A stretch of 61,674 nt of DNA. Source: Natrialbaceae archaeon B1-Br10_E2g2 (GTDB taxonomy: Archaea > Halobacteriota > Halobacteria > Halobacteriales > Natrialbaceae). The notes beneath the pieces are model-generated. The model saw only the letters and a list, made by a program, of their open reading frames with translations, made no database searches and had not been told where the DNA came from. The translations under genes were made by a program, and so were the position numbers. The stretch spans positions 1 through 61,674 of the forward strand of contig LKMK01000001.1 in the NCBI GenBank assembly GCA_001563805.1, in the 5' to 3' direction. Numbering within the stretch: the stretch's first letter is position 1; every line of letters starts with the position of its first letter. Shown in pieces: positions 19,153 to 29,342 of this stretch.

Positions 19153-20685
19153 TCAGTTGTTTTTGACGTCGACTTCGTGGTGAGCGACGTTGAGGTATGT
19201 TAATTGCGGGGGAAGGGTGTAACCCTCGGGATAGGCATCGAAGTCAGTTCCCTCGAGCGATTCTTCGTAGTCGAAATCCCAAGCGGCTGAGTGCAGACAG
19301 ACTGAATGCCCGACGAGTGCACCGTCGAATTTCGGATTTGATTGGAAGGTGATCTGGTACTTATCGGGGTCGCATTCGGGATTATATCCGCTTGCAACCT
19401 CGTTAGGACTCCACTTCTCATCCCAGTTATTGCTCGCAGCGTAGAAGGTTCCGTGGAAGTAACCATTCTGGAAGTGGGCGTCTAAACTGGAGGTTCCGTA
19501 CACTTGCAGTTGCTTGGCTTTCGCATCTCCAGTGGAGGGGTCCGGTTTCATCGTTCCATCTGCGAACTCAAAGTCCCCAGTAATGTAAATCCGTAATACT
19601 CGTTCCTCGCCATTGGGATCGACGGTTAACTCCGAATTTGTGTTCCCCATCACGAAATCGCCATTGACGACCAGTGTTGCATTGTCGTCGAGATCGGCGG
19701 TTACAATATCATGTGCATCGAGATTGACGCTCTCAGCATAGTACATACCGTCCGAAATGGTTTCACCCCCATCGACTTCACCCAGGTACTCGACCTCCGA
19801 ATTGTTATGCGCGTCTTCCGTGTCCGCGATCAATTCTTCGATCACCGGGTTCATTTCTGGCATCGTTCCGGGTTGTGCGTCATCTCCGATCGCTCCCTGG
19901 AAGTCGTCAAATTCTTCTGAATAAGTAATCCCTGATTCGAATGCGTTTTCGATATCGATGTGTCCAACTTTAACCTCCACAGTTCGGTTGTTGTGATCGA
20001 CATCCTGAACGGACATATCGCCTACCTGATTGCTAAAGAACGATTCCCACCCTCTGTAATAGTCACTCTCGATCGTGATCGTCACGCTCTCATTTTGTAC
20101 GACTCGAGCCTCCTGGAACGTCGTCGTCTCGTTGTGGCTGAGCGTTATGTCACCGGAACTAAGCCGATCCTCTCCCTTCATCGTGACCACCGGCAGGCCC
20201 AGCGTGTTCGTCGCTGCAGAGTACGAGATCTGAGGGGCCGAGACGACCTGCGTCTCGTTGCCCGTCTCGCGGAAGACGGCGCCGGCCTCGTAGGCGATCT
20301 TCGTTCCGTCGTCGCTCTCGTACTCGATTGTTCCGATCGTTAGATTCTGGATCGCGCCGTCCTCGAGTGCATCTGAGGACACGTTGATCACCCCGCTTTC
20401 CTCCCGGACGACGGCCCCGTCCTGTCCGACGTCCAGGTCCATCGAACGAACGGATGCCGTAGTGCTGTCCGAGGACGTAGACGCGTGCTGGCTCAGTTCG
20501 ACCATCGCGGACTCGACGCGTTCCTCTTCGGACTGGTACTCGAGGCCCGACACGGTCTGGTCTGCCACGAGGAAGATGCCGACGCTGACCGTCGCGACCA
20601 TTCCGATCAGTAGCACCAACCCGAGGATGGCCGACTGTCCTCGAGTCGAAGATCCACCTGTTTGGTCACCGCGACGGACACTCAT
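19153..20685 (-). CDS. Type IV pilin-like surface protein (DUF7289-type) with class III signal peptide
   Basis: TRG|QSAILGLVLLIGMVA prepilin-peptidase site; IAYEAGAVFRE, VSAP, SDYYRGWESFF, terminal TYLNV. Confidence 0.75.
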   Translation of the reverse strand: MSVRRGDQTGGSSTRGQSAILGLVLLIGMVATVSVGIFLVADQTVSGLEYQSEEERVESAMVELSQHASTSSDSTTASVRSMDLDVGQDGAVVREESGVINVSSDALEDGAIQNLTIGTIEYESDDGTKIAYEAGAVFRETGNETQVVSAPQISYSAATNTLGLPVVTMKGEDRLSSGDITLSHNETTTFQEARVVQNESVTITIESDYYRGWESFFSNQVGDMSVQDVDHNNRTVEVKVGHIDIENAFESGITYSEEFDDFQGAIGDDAQPGTMPEMNPVIEELIADTEDAHNNSEVEYLGEVDGGETISDGMYYAESVNLDAHDIVTADLDDNATLVVNGDFVMGNTNSELTVDPNGEERVLRIYITGDFEFADGTMKPDPSTGDAKAKQLQVYGTSSLDAHFQNGYFHGTFYAASNNWDEKWSPNEVASGYNPECDPDKYQITFQSNPKFDGALVGHSVCLHSAAWDFDYEESLEGTDFDAYPEGYTLPPQLTYLNVAHHEVDVKNN

Positions 20686-20925
20686 ACGGGACTGTTTTTC
20701 ACCGACGGTAATAATAGGTTCGTCGGGTCAAACGGTTCAGGACCGTTCACAACGCGCGATAGCGGAGACTCGAGTCCCGAGCAACGAATTCAGCCCGCCC
20801 AGTCACAGTGCGATCGGAGAAGCGACCGCGCGGTGAAACCGACCCGTCGGCGTGGGGCGGCGACGCTCGAGCGCGCAGCGCGGAAGAAAAACACTTGTAT
20901 ACCGTACGTACGCTAGGACAAGCAG

Positions 20926-21873
20926 ATGACGCGTACAGCCGAGAAGGTCAACGCCCTCGTCCGCGAGGACGGCTCGATGGTCGATGCCTTGGAGGCCATC
21001 CGGGAGACGGCCGACGAGAACGGCGGGGAGGTCCAGTGGGGGGACGTCAGCGACGACCTCACGAGCGGCCAGTGGGGTCGATTGATCGAGAAGGGCGTGC
21101 TGGTCGACGGCGCCGAGGGATTCGAGATCGCCGACCGCGAGGCCTACGACGAGGCGCTCGACGGCGATACCGACTCGATCGTGCCCGACGTCGACATCGA
21201 CGACGAGGAGACGAAATGGTCCCAGTGGGACAAACTGGCCGCCGTCGGCTCGGTCCTGTTGATGATCGGCTACTGGCTCGAGTCCGTCCGCGAGACGGTC
21301 GGCGGGGCGATCGATATGGTGATGGCACCACTCGACGCGGTGTTACCGTTTTACGCCGTGATTCTCGCGGTCTCGATGCTGACCGGGCTCTACTCGACGC
21401 TCCTGCAGGCGAACCTGATGAATCCGGAGATCATCGGGAAGTACCAGAAGCGGATGAAGTCGATGCAGGAGAAACAGAAAGACGTCAAAGAGCGCAAGGA
21501 GGCAGCCGAGGAACGCGGCGCGAGCGAGGCCGAACTCGAGCGCCTCGAGAACGAGATGGAAGAAGTCCGCGAAGAGCAGATGGAGGCGATGGCCGAGAAC
21601 ATGGGGATGTTCAAAGAGCAGTTCCGGCCGATGGTCTGGATCATGCTGTTTACGATCCCGCTGTTCCTCTGGATGTACTGGAAGATCCTCGGCGGCCACA
21701 TCAGCGACGCGGAGATGATCATGATCATGCCGATCGCTGGCGAGGTCGCGCTCAACGAGGGCCTACTCGGCCCGATGTGGGCGTGGATCATCTGGTACTT
21801 CCTCTGCTCGATGGGCTTTACGCAGCTCCTTCGAAAGGCGCTGAACATCGACATGACCCCGACGGGAACCTAA
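20926..21873 (+). CDS. DUF106 / EMC3-TMCO1 (Oxa1 superfamily) membrane protein
   Basis: TM-coiled coil-TM layout, MFKEQFRPM, WIIWYFLCS; conserved position between adk and cmk. Confidence 0.9.
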   Translation: MTRTAEKVNALVREDGSMVDALEAIRETADENGGEVQWGDVSDDLTSGQWGRLIEKGVLVDGAEGFEIADREAYDEALDGDTDSIVPDVDIDDEETKWSQWDKLAAVGSVLLMIGYWLESVRETVGGAIDMVMAPLDAVLPFYAVILAVSMLTGLYSTLLQANLMNPEIIGKYQKRMKSMQEKQKDVKERKEAAEERGASEAELERLENEMEEVREEQMEAMAENMGMFKEQFRPMVWIMLFTIPLFLWMYWKILGGHISDAEMIMIMPIAGEVALNEGLLGPMWAWIIWYFLCSMGFTQLLRKALNIDMTPTGT

Positions 21874-22198
21874 ACGGGGCCACCGGCTACGTTCAGTCGT
21901 CGCCGTATCGGTGATTCCTGGCTGTCCGGTCTGAGATTTCCATCCGTTCGAGTCGCGTGTTCCGTCGATTCGACTCCTGTTCCGAAGACGACCTTCCAGC
22001 TCCGGCCGGTGATCCTTGCCGACGCTCGGACTGAGAAAGCGCAGAAAGCACCAAGGGCTGACGATCACCGGATACACTCGAGCGAGGGCGTCGACGGACC
22101 GCCACCGAACACTCGGGCGGGGGAGCCCGATCTGAGGACGAGCAGTCTACACTCGAGCGTTTCAAAACCCATTTTACCGGCCGCGTCGCAGTTCGCAT

Positions 22199-22774
22199 AT
22201 GTTACTCACCGTCTCCGGCCCGCCAGGGAGCGGGAAGAGCACGACTGCTGGGTTGCTCGCCGATGCGTTCGATCTCGACCACGTCAGCGGCGGTGACATC
22301 TTCAGGGAACTGGCCGATGAGCGTGGCTACACCCCACTCGAGTTCAACAAGCTCGCCGAAGAGAACGACCAGATCGACCGCGACCTCGACCGTCGGCTGC
22401 GCGAGATCGCGGTCGCCGAAGACGACCTCGTGCTCGAGTCGCGACTCGCTGGCTGGCTCGCCGGGGGGGAGGCGGACTTCCGGTTCTGGCTCGACGCTCC
22501 GCCGGCCGTCCGGGGCGAGCGCATCGCCGAACGCGAGGAGAAAGATCCCGTGCGGGCGACCGAGGAGACCCAGGCCCGCGAGGCGAGCGAGGCCCAGCGC
22601 TACGAGGAGTACTACGGGATCGACATTCGCGATCTGACGATCTACGACCTCTCCGTGAACACCGCCCGCTGGGAACCCGACGCCGTACTGGATATGCTCG
22701 TCACCGCCGTCGAGGAGTACGACGCCGCCGGCGACGAGGGCCAGCCGATCGTCGACCTCGACTACGAGTTCTGA
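22199..22774 (+). CDS. cmk: Cytidylate kinase (archaeal)
   Basis: [31 protein letters not shown]. Confidence 0.95.
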   Translation: MLLTVSGPPGSGKSTTAGLLADAFDLDHVSGGDIFRELADERGYTPLEFNKLAEENDQIDRDLDRRLREIAVAEDDLVLESRLAGWLAGGEADFRFWLDAPPAVRGERIAEREEKDPVRATEETQAREASEAQRYEEYYGIDIRDLTIYDLSVNTARWEPDAVLDMLVTAVEEYDAAGDEGQPIVDLDYEF

Positions 22775-22777
22775 GCG

Positions 22778-23686
22778 ATGAGCCTCCGAGGTCCACCCGA
22801 CGAACGGTCGCCCGCCGAGTTGCTCACGTTCGGCGTCGTCAATCTCGACAAACCGCCCGGGCCGTCCTCTCACCAGGTCAGCGGCTGGCTTCGCGACGCC
22901 GTCGCCGACACGCTCGAGGAACGAGGCGCGGACGCGTCGATCGACCAGGCGGCCCACGCGGGGACGCTCGATCCGAAAGTCACCGGCTGCCTGCCGGTTA
23001 TGCTCGGCGACGCCACGCGGCTCGCCCAGGTCTTTCTCGAGGGGGCCAAAGAGTACGTCGCCGTCCTCGAGTGTCACGCGCCAGTGCCGGCGGACGCAGA
23101 GTCCGTCGTCGCCGAGTTCGAGGGGCCGATCTACCAGAAACCGCCCCGCAAGAGCGCGGTCTCGCGTCGGCTTCGGGTGCGCGAAATTTACGACCTCGAG
23201 GTGCTCGAGCGCGCGGAGCGACAGCTCCTCCTGCGGATTCGCTGTGAGAGTGGCACCTACGTCCGCAAGCTCTGTCACGACCTCGGGCTGGCGCTCGGCA
23301 CCGGCGGCCACATGGGCCACTTGCGGCGGACGGCGACAACGCCGTTCGACGATACGGATCTGTACTCCGCCTACGAGTTTCTCGACGCGCTGGCGTTCTG
23401 GCTCGAGGACGGCGATCCCGACCCCCTTTACGAGGTCGTCGACCCCGCAGAGCGTATCCTCGAAGATATTCCGCGGGTCGTCATCGCGGAATCGGCCGCT
23501 CGCGAAGTGGCGAACGGGGCGCCGGTGTACGCCCCCGGCGTGGTCGAGGTCGAGGTCGAAACGGCCGAGGGCGAACTCGTCGCCTGTTTCACCCCGAACG
23601 AGGCGGCCGTCTGTCTCGGGACGCTCGTCGGGGACGGGGACGCCGACTCCGGCGTCGTCGTCGACCTCGAGCGCGTCCTGGTCTGA
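22778..23686 (+). CDS. cbf5: H/ACA RNA-guided pseudouridine synthase Cbf5 (TruB family)
   Basis: LDKPPGPSSHQV, HAGTLDPKVTG, GTYVRKLCHD, C-terminal PUA domain. Confidence 0.95.
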   Translation: MSLRGPPDERSPAELLTFGVVNLDKPPGPSSHQVSGWLRDAVADTLEERGADASIDQAAHAGTLDPKVTGCLPVMLGDATRLAQVFLEGAKEYVAVLECHAPVPADAESVVAEFEGPIYQKPPRKSAVSRRLRVREIYDLEVLERAERQLLLRIRCESGTYVRKLCHDLGLALGTGGHMGHLRRTATTPFDDTDLYSAYEFLDALAFWLEDGDPDPLYEVVDPAERILEDIPRVVIAESAAREVANGAPVYAPGVVEVEVETAEGELVACFTPNEAAVCLGTLVGDGDADSGVVVDLERVLV

Positions 23687-24073
23687 CCGGCAACGCCGTT
23701 CCAGGGATCCGGCCGGAAGAGTCCTCGAACGGGGTGTGTTGGAAAGCTCGAGTTGGAAGTGGACACGCAGCGTTGGCCTCGGTGTGCGAGCAGTGCTGGG
23801 GCTGGCGAGACGGTCGTCCTCGAACGTAACCGGCTCGAGTGGCGGTCGGCGGCGTCGATCTCCGTCGTACCATCATGAGTCGGCTGGAACCGTCTCCGGG
23901 CGGACAGGCGGCGAGAGACCACGGGGAATTCATTCTCGAGGTCGGCCGACCACATCGCTGCGACGACCGCAGTCGTGTCACGCGGCGGTGTCGGCTCGCC
24001 ACCGTGTGAACTTGCTCTCACGGGACGGTCGAAACGACACGCTTAAACGGAAGACGGCCGTCGATCCACGTGC

Positions 24074-24144
24074 GGGACCGTGGGGTAGTGGTATCCTCTG
24101 CGGATGGGGTCCGTAGGACCCGAGTTCGACTCTCGGCGGTCCCA
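24074..24144 (+). tRNA. tRNA-Pro(GGG)
   Basis: Acceptor GGGACCG/CGGTCCC-A, anticodon arm TGCGG-AT GGG GT-CCGTA, T-loop GTTCGAC; TTAAA about 30 nt upstream. Confidence 0.95.
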
Positions 24145-24357
24145 CTTCACATTCTCCAAGTGTTCGACTCTGAGGGCCGCATGCCCCTGAGAACGGCATA
24201 ACCCTGAGCATCGCCGTCGTGCGATTCCACGCTGCTGATGGGCTCTGGGGGGAGACGTGGGCCGGTTGCTACGTCGAATCACGGTCGAAGGTAGACGTCC
24301 ACCATTGCGGCGCCTGCGGTGGATCCGGGACCCAGCACGCAAGAGCCGGGTCGCGGG

Positions 24358-24516
24358 TCACTCCGGAGACGCTCCCCGTCGCTCCCAGAGGAGCGTGAGC
24401 ACCAGCGCGGTTACGACGGCCGCGACGACGACGAGAACGCCGATACCCAGGTACAACAGCGGGGAAGCGCCGGCCAACATGCCGACAGCGAAGGGGGACA
24501 GCGCGGTCGCGCTCAT
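24358..24516 (-). CDS. Small single-pass membrane protein, hypothetical
   Basis: 52 aa, long hydrophobic stretch followed by WERR; no family recognised. Confidence 0.45.
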   Translation of the reverse strand: MSATALSPFAVGMLAGASPLLYLGIGVLVVVAAVVTALVLTLLWERRGASPE

Positions 24517-25090
24517 ACCTACTCGAAGCGACGCAAAGAGCAAGTAACTATCGTCGCGTTCGAGAACTGTACTTCACCTCGCGCGACCTGACAGCCAGTG
24601 GACACGGTCGACTAAACAGACGTTTGACATACGATAGTCACTGAACGGCAGTGCACACACGATCCCCCGAGGGGGCACAGTTCGGAGCGAGACACCGAGC
24701 GAGTACTGTGGACGGTGCGATCGGCGTGTAACCCGTTCCACTGGCCAGTATAGCGCTCTCGAGACGGAGCTCGCAACGGTCTCCCGGGCTTGCACGCCAG
24801 CAGCAGGGGCCCATTCACCCCTGGTTCGCCGTCGGGGAGTCATGCATCCAGGGCTCGAGCGCGGACACCGCAGCGACCCGAGCGAGGCAAACGTATAACT
24901 ATTTTGGCCTGAAACGTACGGGAAGGACAATGGTGCCAGCGAGTTACGCCGGTCGAACGCCCGCCCCCGATCACGGCTCGAGGGGACCGCTCTACCGGCC
25001 GGTGAGAAGCACGCGCTCGTCGGGCATCGACCGATCCCGGTCGGGTTCGGGAGGAGCCGACTGTCGTCCGAATGGGCGGGCGGTGAGACC

Positions 25091-25345
25091 ATGATGGCCT
25101 GGCTCGAGGACCACCTCGCGCCCGGGGCCACGAAGACGACGCTCTATCACACCGTTCGGCTGCTCTTTCGACTGTACGTCGCGAGCCTCCTGCTCGCCGG
25201 CACCTACAGCCTGTTCTGGCTCGCGGAGATCGCCGGCCTGATCCCCGAGCGGCTCCTCTCGACGATCTGGATCGGCATCGCCGTCATGGGGACGATCTTC
25301 CTCCTGCTTCTGATCACGCTGTTTTACACCTCGAACAAACGATGA
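25091..25345 (+). CDS. Small two-TM membrane protein, hypothetical
   Basis: Host-like codon use, GGTGA upstream, two hydrophobic helices. Confidence 0.65.
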   Translation: MMAWLEDHLAPGATKTTLYHTVRLLFRLYVASLLLAGTYSLFWLAEIAGLIPERLLSTIWIGIAVMGTIFLLLLITLFYTSNKR

Positions 25346-25456
25346 GCACCGCTCGGGCGGTAAGCTTCCGCCTCGGATGCCAGCCTGCTCCCGATCCGTC
25401 CTCGGCCACGGGCGCATTCGGGAGGGTTATCCCTGACCCAGGGTGAGAAACGACCC

Positions 25457-26272
25457 ATGACCGTTGTGCTCGCGGGCGTCGGTGCGGACAGCACCAACCT
25501 CGGCGCGCTCGCACCGCTGTACGACGACGGCCGGTTCGAGTACGTGCCGATCCCCGAGAAGACCGACCGAACGAGCGAGTCGGCAACGCTCGGCTCGTGG
25601 GAGCTACGGGGCGACGACCGCGTCGCAGCCGATCTGACGACCCGGATCGAGCCCCAGCCCGTCCGGGGGGAGGCTGAGCCGGTCACCGGTGGGGCACTCG
25701 ACGAGTGGCCGTTCCACCGCGATCCGAACTTCGAGGCGCTGAGCTACGGCGAGCATCGAACTAGCGGTTACGTCGCGCGGTTGCGGGCCCTCGAGCCCGG
25801 CGACGTCGTCGGGTTCTACGCCGGGCTCCGCCGGCCGGGTGGTGACCGTGCCCACCGCTACCTGATCGGCTACTTCACCGTCGACAGGGTAGACGTGATC
25901 ACCCCTGAGACGCCCCGGGCCGAACGCAAGTCGATCCTCACCTCCCACCCGCACAACGCCCACACCAAGCGGGCTCGAGATGGGGAACTGTATCGCTCGG
26001 AGAAGACCGTCGTCTTCGTCGACGGTCGAACGCCGGGTGGACTGTTCGATCGACACCCGATCCGACTCAGCGACTACTACGTGAAACCGGGCAACGAACG
26101 ACCGCAGTACTACCTTCGCGAGGGGATCACGACGGCCTGGAACGTTCGCGAGGGTGGCCGAAACATGATGTTCAAGCCGGCCTACCGGTGTGAGCTCTCG
26201 GGCGAACGATTCCGAGAACTGGTCGGGCCACTCAAGGGGCGTGGGCCCGGAGACGCCGTGGTCGACTCGTAA
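25457..26272 (+). CDS. Nmad3-family (nucleotide modification associated domain 3) protein
   Basis: VGADS, FEYVPIPE, HRDPNF...YGE, LEPGDVVGFYAGL, YLIGYF, NAH motifs recalled for this family. Confidence 0.7.
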   Translation: MTVVLAGVGADSTNLGALAPLYDDGRFEYVPIPEKTDRTSESATLGSWELRGDDRVAADLTTRIEPQPVRGEAEPVTGGALDEWPFHRDPNFEALSYGEHRTSGYVARLRALEPGDVVGFYAGLRRPGGDRAHRYLIGYFTVDRVDVITPETPRAERKSILTSHPHNAHTKRARDGELYRSEKTVVFVDGRTPGGLFDRHPIRLSDYYVKPGNERPQYYLREGITTAWNVREGGRNMMFKPAYRCELSGERFRELVGPLKGRGPGDAVVDS

Positions 26273-26350
26273 TCTGCGTAGTGTGACCGTCTGGCGGTTC
26301 GGTCGGGAGAACCAGTCGGTTTCTTGTAGCGTTCCGTCGAACACCCGGGA

Positions 26351-26875
26351 GTGAGCGACGACACATCCCGATACGATCGCGTCCGACGTCACCCGACGCC
26401 CGGACCGGGAAACTCCCTGGCCGCCTGGACGGACGCCAAGTCACCGCTTCGGGTCGCGGTCAACTACGTTATCGTCTGGCTGGCTCGAGTCGCACCAAGC
26501 CTTCGGCTCAGACGCTGGCTGCTCCGACGGCTCGGTGTGACCGTGGGTGCGGGCGTCTCCTGGGGTCTCGAGGCGACGCCGGACGTCTTTTGGCCGGAGT
26601 TGATCACGCTTCACGAGCATGCGATCGTCGGCTACGACGCGACGCTGCTGTGTCACGAGTTTCTCCAGGACGAGTACCGGACGGGCGAGGTGGTCGTCGG
26701 CGAACGGGCGATGATCGGCGCGGGGGCGATCGTCCTCCCGGGTGTCGAGATCGGTGCCGACGCACAGGTCGCGGCGAACTCGCTGGTCGCCGACGACGTC
26801 GAGTCAGGGACGACCGTCGCGGGTGTGCCGGCGCGACCGGTCGGGAGCGACGGTGCTGCCGGGGCGGACGACTGA
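26351..26875 (+). CDS. Hexapeptide-repeat O-acyltransferase (YvoF-like)
   Basis: Left-handed beta-helix repeats VGERAMIGAGAIVLPGVEIG, LLCHEF, GVPARP. Confidence 0.85.
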   Translation: MSDDTSRYDRVRRHPTPGPGNSLAAWTDAKSPLRVAVNYVIVWLARVAPSLRLRRWLLRRLGVTVGAGVSWGLEATPDVFWPELITLHEHAIVGYDATLLCHEFLQDEYRTGEVVVGERAMIGAGAIVLPGVEIGADAQVAANSLVADDVESGTTVAGVPARPVGSDGAAGADD

Positions 26876-27075
26876 TACTGGGAGGAGACGGGTTACCGAT
26901 ATCGCTCTCGGGACAGCAGTCACGGAAAGAGACGGTCCCCATCGGTACGAGCGGTCGCCAGCATCGACCGGCTGCCTTCCTTCGACGGTGAGAGACGACC
27001 TCGAGAGTCAGTGGTGGGGACCAGGGTCGAAAGACAACGCGAGAATGGAACCGGAACGTGTGAAGTGGGCGTCGA

Positions 27076-28245
27076 CTACAGCGACGACCAGGATCGGCGG
27101 GCCTCGCTCCACGAGGTGATCGTCGCGATCCAGCGGGCGGCGATAAGCTTCTTGAGGGTCTCGGCCGGGAAGCCGTCGAACGTGTCGACGGGAAGTGACA
27201 TACCGAACGCGGGCTTGATGTCGTGGGCGACGGCGTGGTCGCCGACGGAGACGACGGTCCCCTTGTCGTCGTACTCCCAGGTCTCGAGCGGACGACCGTC
27301 GATCGCACGGGCGATGTTCTCGCCGACGAGTTCGGCGGCCTGCCAGGCGGCCTGGGCGGTCGGCGGGGCGGGTCGGTCGCCCTGGTCGAGGATCGCCGAG
27401 TCGCCGATGGCGAAGACGCGTTCGTCGGAGGTCTGGAAGGTCGCCTCGGCGTTGACGCGGTTGTGTTCGTTCTCGAGGTCGGCGCCGTCCATGGCGTCTC
27501 GTCCCGTGATCCCGCCGGTCCAGACGAGCACGTCGTGGTCGAGGGGATCGCCCTCGTCGAAGTGGATGACCTCGTCGGTCGCCTCCGTGATCGGGTCGTC
27601 GGTGTGGATCTGGACGTCGGCGTCCTCGAGTTTGTCGCGAAGCGCTTGCTGGATCTCCGGGTCGTTGCCGGGGAAGATCTCGTCGAGCGCCTCGACGAGG
27701 TGGATCTCAACGGGGGCACGGTGTGCGTCGCGGAACTCGGCGATCTCACCGGCGGTCTGGATACCGGAGAGGCCGGCGCCACCGATGACGACCTGTGCGG
27801 GGTCGCCGCGGGTCGCATCCTTGCTGGCGGCTTTGATAGCCTCGTGGATCTCGAGGGCGTCGTCGAGACACTTGAGCGTCAGCGAGTGCTCCTCGAGGCC
27901 GGGGATGCCGTAGTAGGCGGTCTGGCTTCCCAGCGCGACGAGGACGTAATCGTACTCGACGTCCGCTTCGTCGGCGAGTTCGACGACCTGTTCGTCGACG
28001 TCCAGGCCGGTTACTTCGTCCTGGATGAAGGTGGTCGAGGGGTCGGCGATCCGGTCGACGGGGAACGTGACGTCCGAGCGAACGTCGGGGTCGCGGATCA
28101 CCCGATGAACTTCGTGCAAAACCAGATGATAATCGACGTCGGCGATCCACGTTATCCGCGTCTCGGTCCCGAGTTCCGATTGAAGCGTTTTGATCGCACC
28201 AGCACCGGCATATCCGGCACCGAGTACGACGACCTTCTCAGCCAT
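27076..28245 (-). CDS. ndh: Type II NADH dehydrogenase-like FAD oxidoreductase
   Basis: VVLGAGYAG, second Rossmann GGAGLSGIQTAGE, FAIGD, PPTAQAAWQ. Confidence 0.9.
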   Translation of the reverse strand: MAEKVVVLGAGYAGAGAIKTLQSELGTETRITWIADVDYHLVLHEVHRVIRDPDVRSDVTFPVDRIADPSTTFIQDEVTGLDVDEQVVELADEADVEYDYVLVALGSQTAYYGIPGLEEHSLTLKCLDDALEIHEAIKAASKDATRGDPAQVVIGGAGLSGIQTAGEIAEFRDAHRAPVEIHLVEALDEIFPGNDPEIQQALRDKLEDADVQIHTDDPITEATDEVIHFDEGDPLDHDVLVWTGGITGRDAMDGADLENEHNRVNAEATFQTSDERVFAIGDSAILDQGDRPAPPTAQAAWQAAELVGENIARAIDGRPLETWEYDDKGTVVSVGDHAVAHDIKPAFGMSLPVDTFDGFPAETLKKLIAARWIATITSWSEARRSWSSL

Positions 28246-28330
28246 ACTACACTGTCAGTAACACTCGGTTACAAAGGTGTTGAAACGCGCAGTCGGTTGC
28301 CAGGAGATGACACGGCGACGATGGGAGCGT

Positions 28331-29248
28331 TCAGAGGATCCGTTTTCCGAAGGCGCTCGAGGCGAGTTCGGCTGCGAGGGCTGCGGTTTCGTTCCCCTCG
28401 TCCAGAATCGGGTTCACCTCGACGACGTCCATCGACCTCACGACGCCGTCTCGATCGTGACGTTTCGAGACGGTCTCGAGCGCTGAGTGTGCTTCCCGGT
28501 AGGTCACCCCGCCGCGAACGGGCGTCCCGACGCCGGGTGCCGCGTTGGGGTCGAGCCAGTCGAGGTCGAGGCTCACGTGGATGCCGTCGGTGCCGGTCGT
28601 CGCGACCTCGAGGGCGTCCTCGACGACGGCCGCGATTCCGCGTTCGTCGATGTCGGACATGGTGAACGCGGTCATTTCGCTGTCGCGGACGAGCTTTCGC
28701 TCGCGGTCGTCGATGCTTCGGAGGCCGACGTAGGCGATCGACGACTCGCGGAGGGCCGGGGCGTGGGCCCACTCGAGGTCGCCGAAGACGCCGCGACCGA
28801 GCACCGCGGCCAGTGGCATCCCGTGGACGTTTCCGCTGGGAGACGTCTCGGGCGTGTTGAGATCGGCGTGGGCGTCGAACCAGATCGCTCCCAGGTCTCC
28901 CGTCCGAGCCGCTCCGTTCATCGATCCGATCGCGACGGAGTGGTCGCCGCCGAGGACGAGCGGGAAGACGCCGTCCTCTATCGTTCCCGCTACCTCGTCG
29001 GCGAGCCTCGAGCAGACGTCCTCGATCTCCCGCAGGAACTTGGCGTCCCCACGGCTCGGTGGCGTGGCATCGGGGTCGCGCTCTTCGGCGCGTGGGACGA
29101 ACAGGTCGCCGGTATCGACGGGGTCGACGCCGGCCCGCTCGAGTTCGTCGGCGAGCCCAGCGTATCGAATAGCCGACGGTCCCATGTCGACGCCGCGCCG
29201 ATTCGCCCCGTAGTCCATCGGTGTGCCGATGATTCGGACGGTTTGCAT
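28331..29248 (-). CDS. rocF: Arginase
   Basis: [31 protein letters not shown]. Confidence 0.95.
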   Translation of the reverse strand: MQTVRIIGTPMDYGANRRGVDMGPSAIRYAGLADELERAGVDPVDTGDLFVPRAEERDPDATPPSRGDAKFLREIEDVCSRLADEVAGTIEDGVFPLVLGGDHSVAIGSMNGAARTGDLGAIWFDAHADLNTPETSPSGNVHGMPLAAVLGRGVFGDLEWAHAPALRESSIAYVGLRSIDDRERKLVRDSEMTAFTMSDIDERGIAAVVEDALEVATTGTDGIHVSLDLDWLDPNAAPGVGTPVRGGVTYREAHSALETVSKRHDRDGVVRSMDVVEVNPILDEGNETAALAAELASSAFGKRIL

Positions 29249-29317
29249 CGTCCCCGCGTTCGACGCCCGCCGGTTTGATCCTACCGGAGACGGACGCGGC
29301 CGTCGACAGATTTAGGG

Positions 29318-29331
29318 TTAGACGCATCTAA
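29318..29331. promoter_or_regulatory. Putative SirR/DtxR operator 1
   Basis: Palindrome TTAGA-CGCA-TCTAA, 11 nt before the regulator start. Confidence 0.65.
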
Positions 29332-29342
29332 TTCGACCTACG

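Noticed and set aside
24163-24182. GTTCGACTCT echo of the tRNA-Pro T-arm as an att scar
   Set aside because: Only a 10-bp match with divergent flanks; too short to support
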